From the NCBI GenBank assembly GCA_018697035.1, contig JABHSE010000001.1, forward strand, positions 29,653-93,652: a DNA stretch of 64,000 nucleotides, read 5' to 3'. The stretch comes from an archaeon. Its GTDB lineage: Archaea > Nanobdellota > Nanobdellia > Pacearchaeales > GW2011-AR1. The position numbers were made by a program, and so were the translations under genes. This document shows positions 46,887 to 55,998 of this stretch, piece after piece. The notes under the pieces are model-generated. The model saw nothing but the letters and a program-made list of their open reading frames with translations. It did not search any database and was not told where the DNA came from. Each line of letters starts with the position of its first letter. Positions within the stretch are counted from its first letter, which is position 1.

Positions 46887-49049
46887 ATGGCAAAAAAAAT
46901 AAAGTTGGACATTGAAGGGATGCATTGTGCTTCGTGCTCGAAGATAGTGACTTCTGAATTGGAGAAGATTGGCGCTAGGAATGTTAGTGTTAACCCGGTT
47001 AGTGGGAAGTCTTTTGCAGAAGTTGATGACAGTGTTTCTTTTGAGCAGATTGGAAAAGCTGTGAAAGATGCAGGGTTTAAGCTGATTGGATTCAGTGAGG
47101 GCTCTGCTTCTGGTGCCCCTTCTTCTTTTAAACCTAGTAATGAAATTAATACTTGGAAGACTAAGTTGATTAGTGTTTGGGGGCTGACCTCTCTTATTGT
47201 AGCTATTATGTATTCTGAATATTTAATTGGAGCACCTCTTGTTCCAATTAAATGGATGATTCCTTTAATGCTGGTTTTGAGTTTTCCAATTATTTTTATT
47301 TTTGGTTTTTCTACTATTAAATCTGGAGCTAGGGGTTTTGTTCGATTGCAGTTTACTATGGATTCTTTGATTGCACTTGGAACTGTCGTTGCTTATTCGA
47401 CTGGTATACTTAGTTATTTTATTGATGTGACGAGTTTTGCCGGTGTGTCAGGAATGATTATGACTATTTTTATTACGGGAAAATTTATTGAGGCTAAGGC
47501 TAAGGGTCGTGCGACTTCGGAAATTCGGAAGTTGTTGGAGCTTGGGGCGAAGAAGGCTTTGGTTTTACGAGGGAAAAAGGAGATTGAGATTGATATTAGT
47601 GAGGTTAAAATTGGGGATGTTATGATTGTGAAGCCCGGAGAGAAGATTCCGACTGATGGCGTTGTTGTCAAGGGTGAGAGTGCTGTTGATGAGTCGATGA
47701 TTACTGGGGAGAGTTTGGCGGTTGAGAAGATGAGGGGGGGAAAGGTCATTGGAGCGACTATTAATCAAGATGGAGTACTTTATATTAAGGCAACTAAGAT
47801 TGGGAGTGATACTTTTTTGTCACATATTGTGAAGTTGGTCGAAGAGGCGCAGGGGACAAAGGTTCCGATTCAGAAGTTGGCGGACAAGGTGACGGGTGTT
47901 TTTGTTCCGGTTATTTTAGTATTAGCTCTTTTGACTTTTTTGGGATGGTATCTTATCTTTGACGTTTCCTTAAGTATTGCTCTTAGTAATGCTATTGCTG
48001 TTTTGGTTATTGCGTGTCCATGCGCCTTGGGGTTGGCAGTTCCTATTTCTTTGATGGTTGGTTCTGGAATGGGTGCGAAGCGTGGCATACTTATTAGAAA
48101 AGGTGAGGCTATTCAAACCATGAAGGAAGTTAAGACGGTTGTTTTTGATAAGACTGGGACGATTACAAAGGGTGAGCCTGAGGTTGTTGAAGTTTCTACA
48201 AAAAATGAAAAAAAGTTGTTTGAAATTGCTGGAAGTTTGGAGAAATTAAGTGAGCATCCTTTGGCTAGGGCTGTTGTTAAGAAGGCTGGACTGAAGAAGT
48301 ATTTGAGCGTTAAGAAATTTAAGGTTATTCGAGGGAAGGGGCTTGAGGGAGTTATTGGAGGGAAAAAATATATTGTTGGCAACGAGGCCTTGATGAAGGA
48401 CAAAAGAATTGCCCTTGGGAGTTATGCTAAGGTGGTTAAGGGTTTTGCTGAGAAGGGATTTAGTGTTATGGTTGTTGTTGAAAATAAAGTAGTTCTCGGG
48501 GCTATGGGAATTGCGGATGCGGTTAAGGAAGATTCTAGAGAGGCTGTTGCTCGGTTGAATCGTGGTGGGTTTAGGACGGTTATGATTACTGGGGATAATG
48601 AGGTTACGGCTAGAGCTATTGCTCGAGAGGTTGGAATTAAGGAGGTTATTGCTGGGGTTATGCCAGGGGATAAAGCGAAAGAAGTTATTAGGTTGCAAAA
48701 GAGTGGTATGGTCGCGTTTGTTGGAGACGGGGTTAATGATGCTGTTGCTTTGAAGGAAGCGAATGTGGGGATTGCTATGGGGGGAGGTAGTGATATTGCG
48801 ATTGAGGCTGGGGACATAGTTCTTGCTAAGGGGAATTTAACTGGGGTTGTTGAGGCGATAAAGTTATCTAATGCGACATTTAGAAAGATTAAGCAAAATT
48901 TGTTTTGGGCGTTTTTTTATAATGTTGTTGCGATTCCCTTGGCTGTTGCGGGTTTTTTGAATCCTGTTGTTGCAGAGATTGCTATGGCGCTTTCTTCTAT
49001 TACGGTAGTCACTAATGCTAATTTGCTTAGGTTTTCTTTTAATTCTTAG
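46887..49049 (+). CDS. copA: Copper-translocating P1B-type ATPase
   Basis: GMHCASC, TGE, CPC, DKTGT, HP, GDGVND, YN, MALSS. Confidence 0.96.
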   Translation: MAKKIKLDIEGMHCASCSKIVTSELEKIGARNVSVNPVSGKSFAEVDDSVSFEQIGKAVKDAGFKLIGFSEGSASGAPSSFKPSNEINTWKTKLISVWGLTSLIVAIMYSEYLIGAPLVPIKWMIPLMLVLSFPIIFIFGFSTIKSGARGFVRLQFTMDSLIALGTVVAYSTGILSYFIDVTSFAGVSGMIMTIFITGKFIEAKAKGRATSEIRKLLELGAKKALVLRGKKEIEIDISEVKIGDVMIVKPGEKIPTDGVVVKGESAVDESMITGESLAVEKMRGGKVIGATINQDGVLYIKATKIGSDTFLSHIVKLVEEAQGTKVPIQKLADKVTGVFVPVILVLALLTFLGWYLIFDVSLSIALSNAIAVLVIACPCALGLAVPISLMVGSGMGAKRGILIRKGEAIQTMKEVKTVVFDKTGTITKGEPEVVEVSTKNEKKLFEIAGSLEKLSEHPLARAVVKKAGLKKYLSVKKFKVIRGKGLEGVIGGKKYIVGNEALMKDKRIALGSYAKVVKGFAEKGFSVMVVVENKVVLGAMGIADAVKEDSREAVARLNRGGFRTVMITGDNEVTARAIAREVGIKEVIAGVMPGDKAKEVIRLQKSGMVAFVGDGVNDAVALKEANVGIAMGGGSDIAIEAGDIVLAKGNLTGVVEAIKLSNATFRKIKQNLFWAFFYNVVAIPLAVAGFLNPVVAEIAMALSSITVVTNANLLRFSFNS

Positions 49050-49136
49050 TGACTTATACTTCGTTAAAAGAACGCTCGTGTACGCTTGTACATGTCGCAA
49101 CCTTTTGCCTTGTCTAAGCCTACTAAGAATTGAAAG
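49036..49136 (+). repeat. Stop-codon-associated hairpin repeat, subfamily A, copy 4
   Basis: Left arm contains the copA last codons and TAG; AAAAG/CTTTT and TGTAC/GTACA stems. Confidence 0.9.
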
Positions 49137-49180
49137 TAGGATTTAGTAATTGTTATAAAGATTGAGTTGTGTTTATTTTT

Positions 49181-50098
49181 ATGAATAAAGATATTTTTCC
49201 GATTGGAATTGGCGGGTGGGGGATTGGTGGTTTTGCTAAAAAGGATGCTAGTAATGATGAGAAAGATGTTGAGGCTTTGGTTTATTCTTTGTCTAAGGGG
49301 ATGAATTTTATTGAGGTTAATTATTGGAATTCGGAGGGGCATAATGTTGAGCTTTTGGCTGAGGCTATTGATAAGAGTGGAGTAGGTAGAGAGAAGTTGT
49401 TTTTTAATCAGGCTGTTTATAACTATAGGAATGAAACTTTGGAGGATATTGCCGAGGAGATGAAGGTGGTTAGGGAAATTTTGGGAACTGATTATATGGA
49501 TTCTGTTGAGTTTAGTCTTTCTGGGGTTTTGCAGTATGGGTTTGATAATGTTGTGGAATTTTTGAAGGACGTTTTGGCTTCGGGAGAAGCTAGATCGGTT
49601 AGTATTACTAATTCTAATTTAGAGCATTTAAAAAAGTTTAAGGAGATTTTTGGGGATAAGTTTTTTTGTCATGAATTGAATTTTAATTTTGAGATTAGGG
49701 AGATGGAGGATATAGGGATCATCCAGTTTGGTGAAGATAATAATGTTTTGAATGTTTTGTATCAGCCTATTCGGAGGAACAAGACCGCTCTTCGGAATTG
49801 GCCGCTTTTGGTTGAGCTTGGTGAGAAGTATGGGAAGAGTCAGAATCAGGTTATTTTTAATTGGCTTATTGGTCGGGGTTTTTTGCCGATGACTAAGTCT
49901 AGTAATTTGGCGCATATTGATGAGAATATCGGGGCTTTGGATTTTGAGATGGAGGCGGAGGATGTTAAGAGGTTGGATGAGTTTCGGACTGGGTGGGATT
50001 GTCCTGGGGTTGTTTTTGATAATGGGGATGTTTGTGAGGGGAAGGTTGTGGTTCATCAGCTGAGTAATGTTTTTGATGAGGTTTATGATAAGGGGTGA
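49181..50098 (+). CDS. Aldo/keto reductase-fold protein (catalytic residues degenerate)
   Basis: PIGIGGWGIGG, ITNSN, YGKSQNQVIFNW, KSSNLAHIDENIGALDF. Confidence 0.85.
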   Translation: MNKDIFPIGIGGWGIGGFAKKDASNDEKDVEALVYSLSKGMNFIEVNYWNSEGHNVELLAEAIDKSGVGREKLFFNQAVYNYRNETLEDIAEEMKVVREILGTDYMDSVEFSLSGVLQYGFDNVVEFLKDVLASGEARSVSITNSNLEHLKKFKEIFGDKFFCHELNFNFEIREMEDIGIIQFGEDNNVLNVLYQPIRRNKTALRNWPLLVELGEKYGKSQNQVIFNWLIGRGFLPMTKSSNLAHIDENIGALDFEMEAEDVKRLDEFRTGWDCPGVVFDNGDVCEGKVVVHQLSNVFDEVYDKG

Positions 50099-50141
50099 TT
50101 TTTTTATGGACTGTTGTCGGTGTTTCCGATAAGGTTATAAA

Positions 50142-50159
50142 TGTTCACTATTGTTAACT
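50142..50159. promoter_or_regulatory. Operator-like TGTTCACTATTGTTAACT (copy 2)
   Basis: Between TTATAAA and the cupin ATG. Confidence 0.7.
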
Positions 50160-50162
50160 TGT

Positions 50163-50456
50163 ATGAAAAACATTAAGGAAATGATTGAGTATCCTCGTGA
50201 GGGGATTTTGAGTAAGGAAATTTGTAAGGATGATAAGTTGGATTTGGGGCTTTTTTGTATGGCTGCTGGGACTGTTATGGGGGACCATACTTCTGTTAAG
50301 ACTGCTTTTGTTCAGGTTGTTGAGGGGGATGGGGTGTTTAATTTGGAAGGCAAGGACATTGTTATGAAACCTGGTGTTGTGATTCTTATGAAGGCTGGAG
50401 CTGTTCATAATCTTAAAGCGATTGAGAATACGGCTTTTATTTTGGGGTTATACTAG
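50163..50456 (+). CDS. Cupin-domain protein
   Basis: GILSK, DHTS, VVEG.G, AVHNLKA. Confidence 0.85.
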   Translation: MKNIKEMIEYPREGILSKEICKDDKLDLGLFCMAAGTVMGDHTSVKTAFVQVVEGDGVFNLEGKDIVMKPGVVILMKAGAVHNLKAIENTAFILGLY

Positions 50457-50502
50457 AATTGTCTAGGTAAATTTATTAATTGATTTTATGATTGTTTGTT
50501 AT

Positions 50503-50575
50503 GCCTATGTAGCTCAGTTGATAGAGCGCTTCACTCGTAATGAAGAGGTCGTCGGTTTGACTCCGGCCATAGGCT
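50503..50575 (+). tRNA. tRNA-Thr(CGT)
   Basis: GCCTATG/CATAGGC acceptor, CTTCA-CTCGTAA-TGAAG. Confidence 0.92.
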
Positions 50576-50739
50576 TATAGTTTTTCTTTTAGATTGTTCC
50601 CATGTTCTTTTTGACAGGATGAACAGATGTGGTGTGTTTTAGAGGTTTCTCCTTCTCCGGTTCTAATTATTGTTCCTTGTAGCTTGTCTAGAAATATTGT
50701 TTTGATTTCTTGATTACATAGGGCGCATTTTTTCTTCAC
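50575..50739 (-). CDS. Small zinc-binding protein (54 aa, MKKKCALC...ICSSCQ...), not in the ORF track
   Basis: GTG start, two CxxC motifs, TATA-like box upstream on the minus strand. Confidence 0.7.
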   Translation of the reverse strand: MKKKCALCNQEIKTIFLDKLQGTIIRTGEGETSKTHHICSSCQKEHGNNLKEKL

Positions 50740-50784
50740 ATGAATTTAAGGAAAGTTAATTTTATAAAAGCTTTTGTTTAAGTT

Positions 50785-50994
50785 ATGAAAATGGAAGGAT
50801 TCGATTTGACCAAGTATCAGGATGATGAGGATGAGCAGAAGAAGATTGCGGGGATTATGGGGAAGATGCTTAGTGGGCGAAGTGATTATGAGGCTATTAT
50901 TGAGAAGAGGGAAGATAGGGTGAAGAAGTGTGAGTGTGGGTGGGCTTTGCAGGGTGGTGAGAAGTTTTGTCCTGAATGCGGATGTAAGTGTTAG
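50785..50994 (+). CDS. Small zinc-ribbon protein
   Basis: CECG...FCPECG. Confidence 0.75.
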   Translation: MKMEGFDLTKYQDDEDEQKKIAGIMGKMLSGRSDYEAIIEKREDRVKKCECGWALQGGEKFCPECGCKC

Positions 50995-51320
50995 CACCAG
51001 TCGCCTACTCTTTCGGCGTAGTCGCATTTTGTGCATTGTAGTAAGTATACCCAATCCTCATCGCCAAACATCATGCCGAGGTCTACTATTTTGCACTTGT
51101 CGTTTTTGCATTCTTTGCATTTAAATTCGTAGCCTGATAGGTCTTTTTCGGCTATACCTGTTCCGGTTTTGTTTTGCGTAATATTTTCTGTCTCGGCAAT
51201 TAATTCTTTTATGTTATGTTTTGCTTGTAATTTACATTTGTTGCAGGTAAGATATTGTTTGTCATTTTTTATTATTGTTATTAACATATTCTTACATTTG
51301 GGACAGAACTGGATTTCCAT
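50991..51320 (-). CDS. tfs: Transcription factor S / RpoM-like double zinc ribbon
   Basis: FCPKCKNML..CNKC and CKEC...GDED...CTKC. Confidence 0.8.
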   Translation of the reverse strand: MEIQFCPKCKNMLITIIKNDKQYLTCNKCKLQAKHNIKELIAETENITQNKTGTGIAEKDLSGYEFKCKECKNDKCKIVDLGMMFGDEDWVYLLQCTKCDYAERVGDWC

Positions 51321-51390
51321 TTTGTTTTATTGCATTGGGAATATTTAGAGTTTTGGGTAGATTTAAAACTTGATTTTTATTCTGGATACT

Positions 51391-53166
51391 ATGAAACTAG
51401 CTATTGTTCATAAGGAGAAATGTAAGCCGACTGTTTGTGGTCGGGAGTGTAAGAAATATTGTCCGGTTGAGAAGCAGGAGTTGGATACATGTGTGACTAT
51501 TGGAGATAAATGTGCTATTGATGAGCATACTTGCGTCGGTTGTGCGATTTGTGTTAAGCGGTGTCCGTTTGGTGCGATTGATGTTGTGAATTTGCCTTCG
51601 GTGTCGGAGAAGGATATTGTGCATCGGTATGGGGCGAATGGGTTTGCGCTTTATGGGTTGCCGGTTCCGAAAGAGGGAAGTGTTTTGGGGTTGCTTGGAA
51701 GGAACGGAATTGGGAAGAGTACGGCTGTTAAGATTTTGGCAGGGAGTGAGAAGATGAATCTTGGAAAGAGTGAGGTTGGAGAGAATGATGTTAAGGAATT
51801 TTTTAAGGGGAATGAGATTTTGAGGTATTTTGAGGGGTTGGACAAGAAGGTTGTTTCGTATAAGCCTCAGAATTTGTCTACTCTTGCGCTTGATGTTGAG
51901 GTGATGGAGTTGTTGTTACAACGTGGAGAGGAAGGTGAGATTAAGAGGTTGGCTGAGGTTTTGGGAGTTTCGCAGGTTCTTGGGAATGGGATGGATAAGT
52001 TGTCTGGTGGAGAGTTGCAGCGGATTGCGATTTTGGCGGCTTCGTTGGGTGAGGCAGACATATATTTCTTTGACGAGCCTTTGGCGTTTTTGGATATTGG
52101 AGAGAGATTGCGGGTTTCGGATTTTTTGCGGGAGCTTTCTGGCGTCACACATAATAGTGTACCCTCTAAAATGGGCGCCAAGGCGCCGTCTTCATCGGGC
52201 AAGACTTTGATTGTTGTTGAGCATGATTTGTTAATTTTGGATTATTTGACGGATTATGTGAATGTGTTTTTTGGGGGACAAGGGGCGTTTGGCCTTGTTA
52301 GTGGAGTTAAGAGTTCTAAGGTCGGAGTTAATGCATATCTTGAAGGTTTTTTGAAGGAAGAGAATATGAAGATTCGGGACAAGGCGTTGAAGTTTGATTT
52401 TACAAGGAATGCTGATATGAGTGGGAATAAGATTGCTAGTTGGCCTGATTTTGGGGTTAAGTTTGGTAGCGATTTTGAGTTGGAGGTTAAGGGTGGGGAT
52501 ATTCATGAGAATCATGTTATTGGTATACTTGGGAAGAATGGGACTGGGAAGACGACTTTTGTTAAGGCGCTTGTTGGTGAGGTTGAAACGACTGAGGGCA
52601 AGCTTGACTTGGGTTTGAGTGTTTCCTATAAGGCGCAATATTTATTCTCGGAAAGCGAAGATATGGTTAGGGATATTTGTTTTAGAGAGAAAATTAATAA
52701 GAGGTTAAAGAGTACTTTTAATTTGGGAGTTTTGGAAGGGAAGAAGATTAGTAGTCTTAGTGGCGGTGAGTTGCAGCGGTTTGAAGTTGCTCGGTGTTTG
52801 GCGAAGGATGCTGATGTTTATTTGATTGACGAGCCTAGCGCTTATCTTGATGTTGAGGAGAGGATCTCGGTTGCTAAGGCGATTAAGGATACTATGGTTG
52901 AGCGAGGGAAGACGGCCTTTGTTGTGGATCATGATTTATTGGTTGTCTCGTATTTGGCTGATTCGGTTATTAATTTTGACGGAGAGGGTGGTGTTCGAGG
53001 GGAGGCTGGAGAGGTTGTTGGATTTGAGGAAGGTGTGAGTGAGTTGTTGAAGAGTTTGGATGTTACGCTTCGGAAAGATAAGGAATCGGGTCGGCCTAGG
53101 ATTAATAAGAGGGGAAGCGTTTTGGATAGGGAACAGAAGGCTAAAGGGAAGTGGGCAGTTTTTTGA
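51391..53166 (+). CDS. ABCE1/RLI ribosome recycling ATPase
   Basis: N-terminal FeS Cys clusters, two ABC cassettes (LSGGELQR), GRPRINK. Confidence 0.96.
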   Translation: MKLAIVHKEKCKPTVCGRECKKYCPVEKQELDTCVTIGDKCAIDEHTCVGCAICVKRCPFGAIDVVNLPSVSEKDIVHRYGANGFALYGLPVPKEGSVLGLLGRNGIGKSTAVKILAGSEKMNLGKSEVGENDVKEFFKGNEILRYFEGLDKKVVSYKPQNLSTLALDVEVMELLLQRGEEGEIKRLAEVLGVSQVLGNGMDKLSGGELQRIAILAASLGEADIYFFDEPLAFLDIGERLRVSDFLRELSGVTHNSVPSKMGAKAPSSSGKTLIVVEHDLLILDYLTDYVNVFFGGQGAFGLVSGVKSSKVGVNAYLEGFLKEENMKIRDKALKFDFTRNADMSGNKIASWPDFGVKFGSDFELEVKGGDIHENHVIGILGKNGTGKTTFVKALVGEVETTEGKLDLGLSVSYKAQYLFSESEDMVRDICFREKINKRLKSTFNLGVLEGKKISSLSGGELQRFEVARCLAKDADVYLIDEPSAYLDVEERISVAKAIKDTMVERGKTAFVVDHDLLVVSYLADSVINFDGEGGVRGEAGEVVGFEEGVSELLKSLDVTLRKDKESGRPRINKRGSVLDREQKAKGKWAVF

Positions 53167-53204
53167 TTGGGAAGATTAATAAATTAAGTTGTGTGAGATA
53201 TGTT

Positions 53205-54845
53205 ATGAAGAATATTGTTGTTAAGATGATTGCTAAGGAAGTTGATTTGGATGTTTGTGATATTGAGAATCTTTTGGAAGTTCCGCCGAGGCTTGAGATG
53301 GGGGATTTTGCTTTTCCTTGTTTTGGATTAGCTAAGTCTCTTAAGAAATCGCCTGTTATTATTGCTTCTGGATTAGCTAAGGTTAAGTTGCCTAAGGGTA
53401 TTTCTGAGGTGAAAGCGGAAGGGGCTTATGTTAATTTCTTTGTTGATAGGGGGATTTTTGCTAAGGGGGTTTTGGGGAAGAAGCGAGTTGATGTTGAGAA
53501 GAAAGGGAAGATTTGTATTGACATGTCGAGTCCTAATATTGCGAAGCCGTTTGGGATTGGGCATTTGAGGTCGACGATTATTGGGAATTCGATTGGGAAG
53601 ATTTGTGAGGCGAATGGGTTTGAGGTTGTGAAGATTAATTATCTTGGAGATTGGGGGACGCAGTTTGGGAAGATTATTTTTGGTTTTAGGAAATGGGGTA
53701 GTGAGGCTAAATTGAAAAAGGATGCGATTGGGCATTTGTATGAGTTGTATGTTCGAGCGAATGCGACAGATGAGTTTGATGAAGAGTGTCGGGCTGAGTT
53801 TAAGAAGTTGGAGGATGGAGATAAGGAGAATTTGAAGTTGTGGAAGCGATTTAAGGATTTGTCGTTGAAGGAGTTTGATAAGATTTATGATTTGCTTGGG
53901 ATTTCGTTTGATGTTGTTTCGGGAGAGAGTTTGTATAATGATAAGATGGGTGCGGTTGTTGCGGAGTTGGAGGCAAAGGGTTTGTTGATTGAGGATGAAG
54001 GGGCGAAAATTGTTGATTTGGATAGTGAGGGACTGGGTAAGGTTTTGATTCAGAAGAGTGATGGGACGAGTCTTTATGCTACTCGGGATTTGGCGATGGC
54101 AATTGATAGGAAGAAAGAATATAATTTTGATAGAGCTGTTTATGAAGTTGGTTCTGAGCAGAAGTTGCATTTTAGGCAGGTGTTTGGGGTTTTAGATAAG
54201 ATGGGTTACGAGTGGTCGAAGGATTTGGTTCATGCTGCACATGGTTTATATTTGGATAAAGACGGGAAGAAATTTTCTACTCGTAGAGGTAAGAGTGTTT
54301 TTATGAAGGATGTTTTGAATGAGGTCGTCGAGAAAGCAAAGACGAATTTGTTAAAGAGGGAAATGTTGAAAGGAAAAGAGTTGGATGGGAGAGCGAGGAA
54401 GATTGCCTTGGCTGCTATTTTTTATGGGGACTTGAAGAATAATCGGGAGCACAATATGGTTTTTGATGTGGATAGGTTCCTCAGTTTTGAGGGGGACACT
54501 GGGCCTTATTTGCTGTATTCTTATGCTCGAGCTTCTAGTATTTTGAGGAAAGTTGATAGCAAGGCTAGTGTTAAGATTGGGGAGATTAATGATACTGAGT
54601 TTGGTTTGATTAAGAAGATTGATTCTTTTGAGGATGTTGTTGGGAAAGCCTATTTGGGGTTGGCTCCGAATTTGGTTGCGAATTATTGTTTTGAGTTGGC
54701 TAGTTTGTTTAATGAATTTTATCATGCCTGTCCTGTGCTTGGGAATGAGAAAGAAGGATTTAGGTTGGTTTTGGTTGGAGCGTTTCGGGATGTGATGGGG
54801 AAGAGTTTGAATTTGTTGGGTATTGAAAAGCTGGAAGAAATGTGA
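53205..54845 (+). CDS. argS: Arginyl-tRNA synthetase
   Basis: SSPNIAKPFGIGHLRSTIIG, YLGDWGTQFG, FSTRRG, GDTGPYL. Confidence 0.97.
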   Translation: MKNIVVKMIAKEVDLDVCDIENLLEVPPRLEMGDFAFPCFGLAKSLKKSPVIIASGLAKVKLPKGISEVKAEGAYVNFFVDRGIFAKGVLGKKRVDVEKKGKICIDMSSPNIAKPFGIGHLRSTIIGNSIGKICEANGFEVVKINYLGDWGTQFGKIIFGFRKWGSEAKLKKDAIGHLYELYVRANATDEFDEECRAEFKKLEDGDKENLKLWKRFKDLSLKEFDKIYDLLGISFDVVSGESLYNDKMGAVVAELEAKGLLIEDEGAKIVDLDSEGLGKVLIQKSDGTSLYATRDLAMAIDRKKEYNFDRAVYEVGSEQKLHFRQVFGVLDKMGYEWSKDLVHAAHGLYLDKDGKKFSTRRGKSVFMKDVLNEVVEKAKTNLLKREMLKGKELDGRARKIALAAIFYGDLKNNREHNMVFDVDRFLSFEGDTGPYLLYSYARASSILRKVDSKASVKIGEINDTEFGLIKKIDSFEDVVGKAYLGLAPNLVANYCFELASLFNEFYHACPVLGNEKEGFRLVLVGAFRDVMGKSLNLLGIEKLEEM

Positions 54846-55001
54846 GTTGGTTTTTACGAAAGGTTAGATTTATAAGTAAACGTGTTGGAAATGTTTAAAA
54901 TTCGATGACTTAATGAAATTCCTATATTTTGGGTTTTTAAGTATTATTGTTAAAAATACCGACGGGGTAACGCTTTTAAAACGTGAGATTTTGGTTTTTT
55001 T

Positions 55002-55997
55002 ATGACGGTTATATTAAAGGTTAATCCTAAATTGGCGTTTACGGGTAGAGAGGATTTTATTAGTAAGGTTAGGCCGAACTCGATAGCTGTTGATGGGATA
55101 ATTAAAAATGAACAGACTTTTAGAGTTCCAGAAGGTCCTTATGCTAATTTTGATCACCATTATGGGAGTGATGATATTGCTACTAGGAGTAGTTTTATGC
55201 AAGTGTATTTGGAGATAAAACAGAGGGATTTGGTTGATAGATTTAGTAAGGACGGGGAGTTTTCTGTGTATATGTATGCGGATCACGGGGATGAAGATGT
55301 CTGTGGTTGTTATTGGGCGTTGAGGAATGCTAAGAAGATAATTGAGAATGAGAATGATAGGATTCGGCAGTTGGTTGATTTATGTGATAAGTTGGATACT
55401 ACGGCTGGTTCTTTTGAGACTGGGGATACGGTTTTAAGGAGGAGGATGGCGTGGATATTTAAGCCTTATCACAATGCGAGGTATAAGGGACGTTCGGATA
55501 GCATGGGACCTCGTGAGTATGGTAATATGATCAGAGCAGTTAATGGAAGAATTTGTGATTATGTTTCTGGAGGTGGAGGTGAAGTTAAGCTTGAAGGGGG
55601 ATATGAGGATATTGGGATAGATAGAAAGAGGAACGAGGAGAATGGTTGGATTTTTACTAAGGAGTTTAGTCCAGCTAGTAGAATGGTTATGTATTTGGAA
55701 GGGGTTAGAACTTTTGCTAGTCTTGTTGGGAAAAGGAAAGATGGGAATATTGATGTTATGCTTGGAAAGAAGACGGGGTGGAATATTGATTATTGTATTC
55801 CGAAGATATTTGATAGATTAAATAAGGAAGAGGGAGATATTGTTAGTGAGACAAACTTCTGGGGCGGTAGCGATATGAGAGGTGGTAGTCCTAAGGAGAG
55901 TGGTAGTAGACTGTCTCTAGGTGGCATTGAGAGATGTATTAATGAAGAAGTTGAGATCGCGAGAGAAGAAAGGATTAGTAAAGAAAAGGAAAAGTGA
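55002..55997 (+). CDS. Hypothetical protein with DHH-phosphoesterase-like motifs
   Basis: NFDHH, HGDED, C-terminal WGGS..RGGSP. Confidence 0.6.
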   Translation: MTVILKVNPKLAFTGREDFISKVRPNSIAVDGIIKNEQTFRVPEGPYANFDHHYGSDDIATRSSFMQVYLEIKQRDLVDRFSKDGEFSVYMYADHGDEDVCGCYWALRNAKKIIENENDRIRQLVDLCDKLDTTAGSFETGDTVLRRRMAWIFKPYHNARYKGRSDSMGPREYGNMIRAVNGRICDYVSGGGGEVKLEGGYEDIGIDRKRNEENGWIFTKEFSPASRMVMYLEGVRTFASLVGKRKDGNIDVMLGKKTGWNIDYCIPKIFDRLNKEEGDIVSETNFWGGSDMRGGSPKESGSRLSLGGIERCINEEVEIAREERISKEKEK

Positions 55998-55998
55998 T

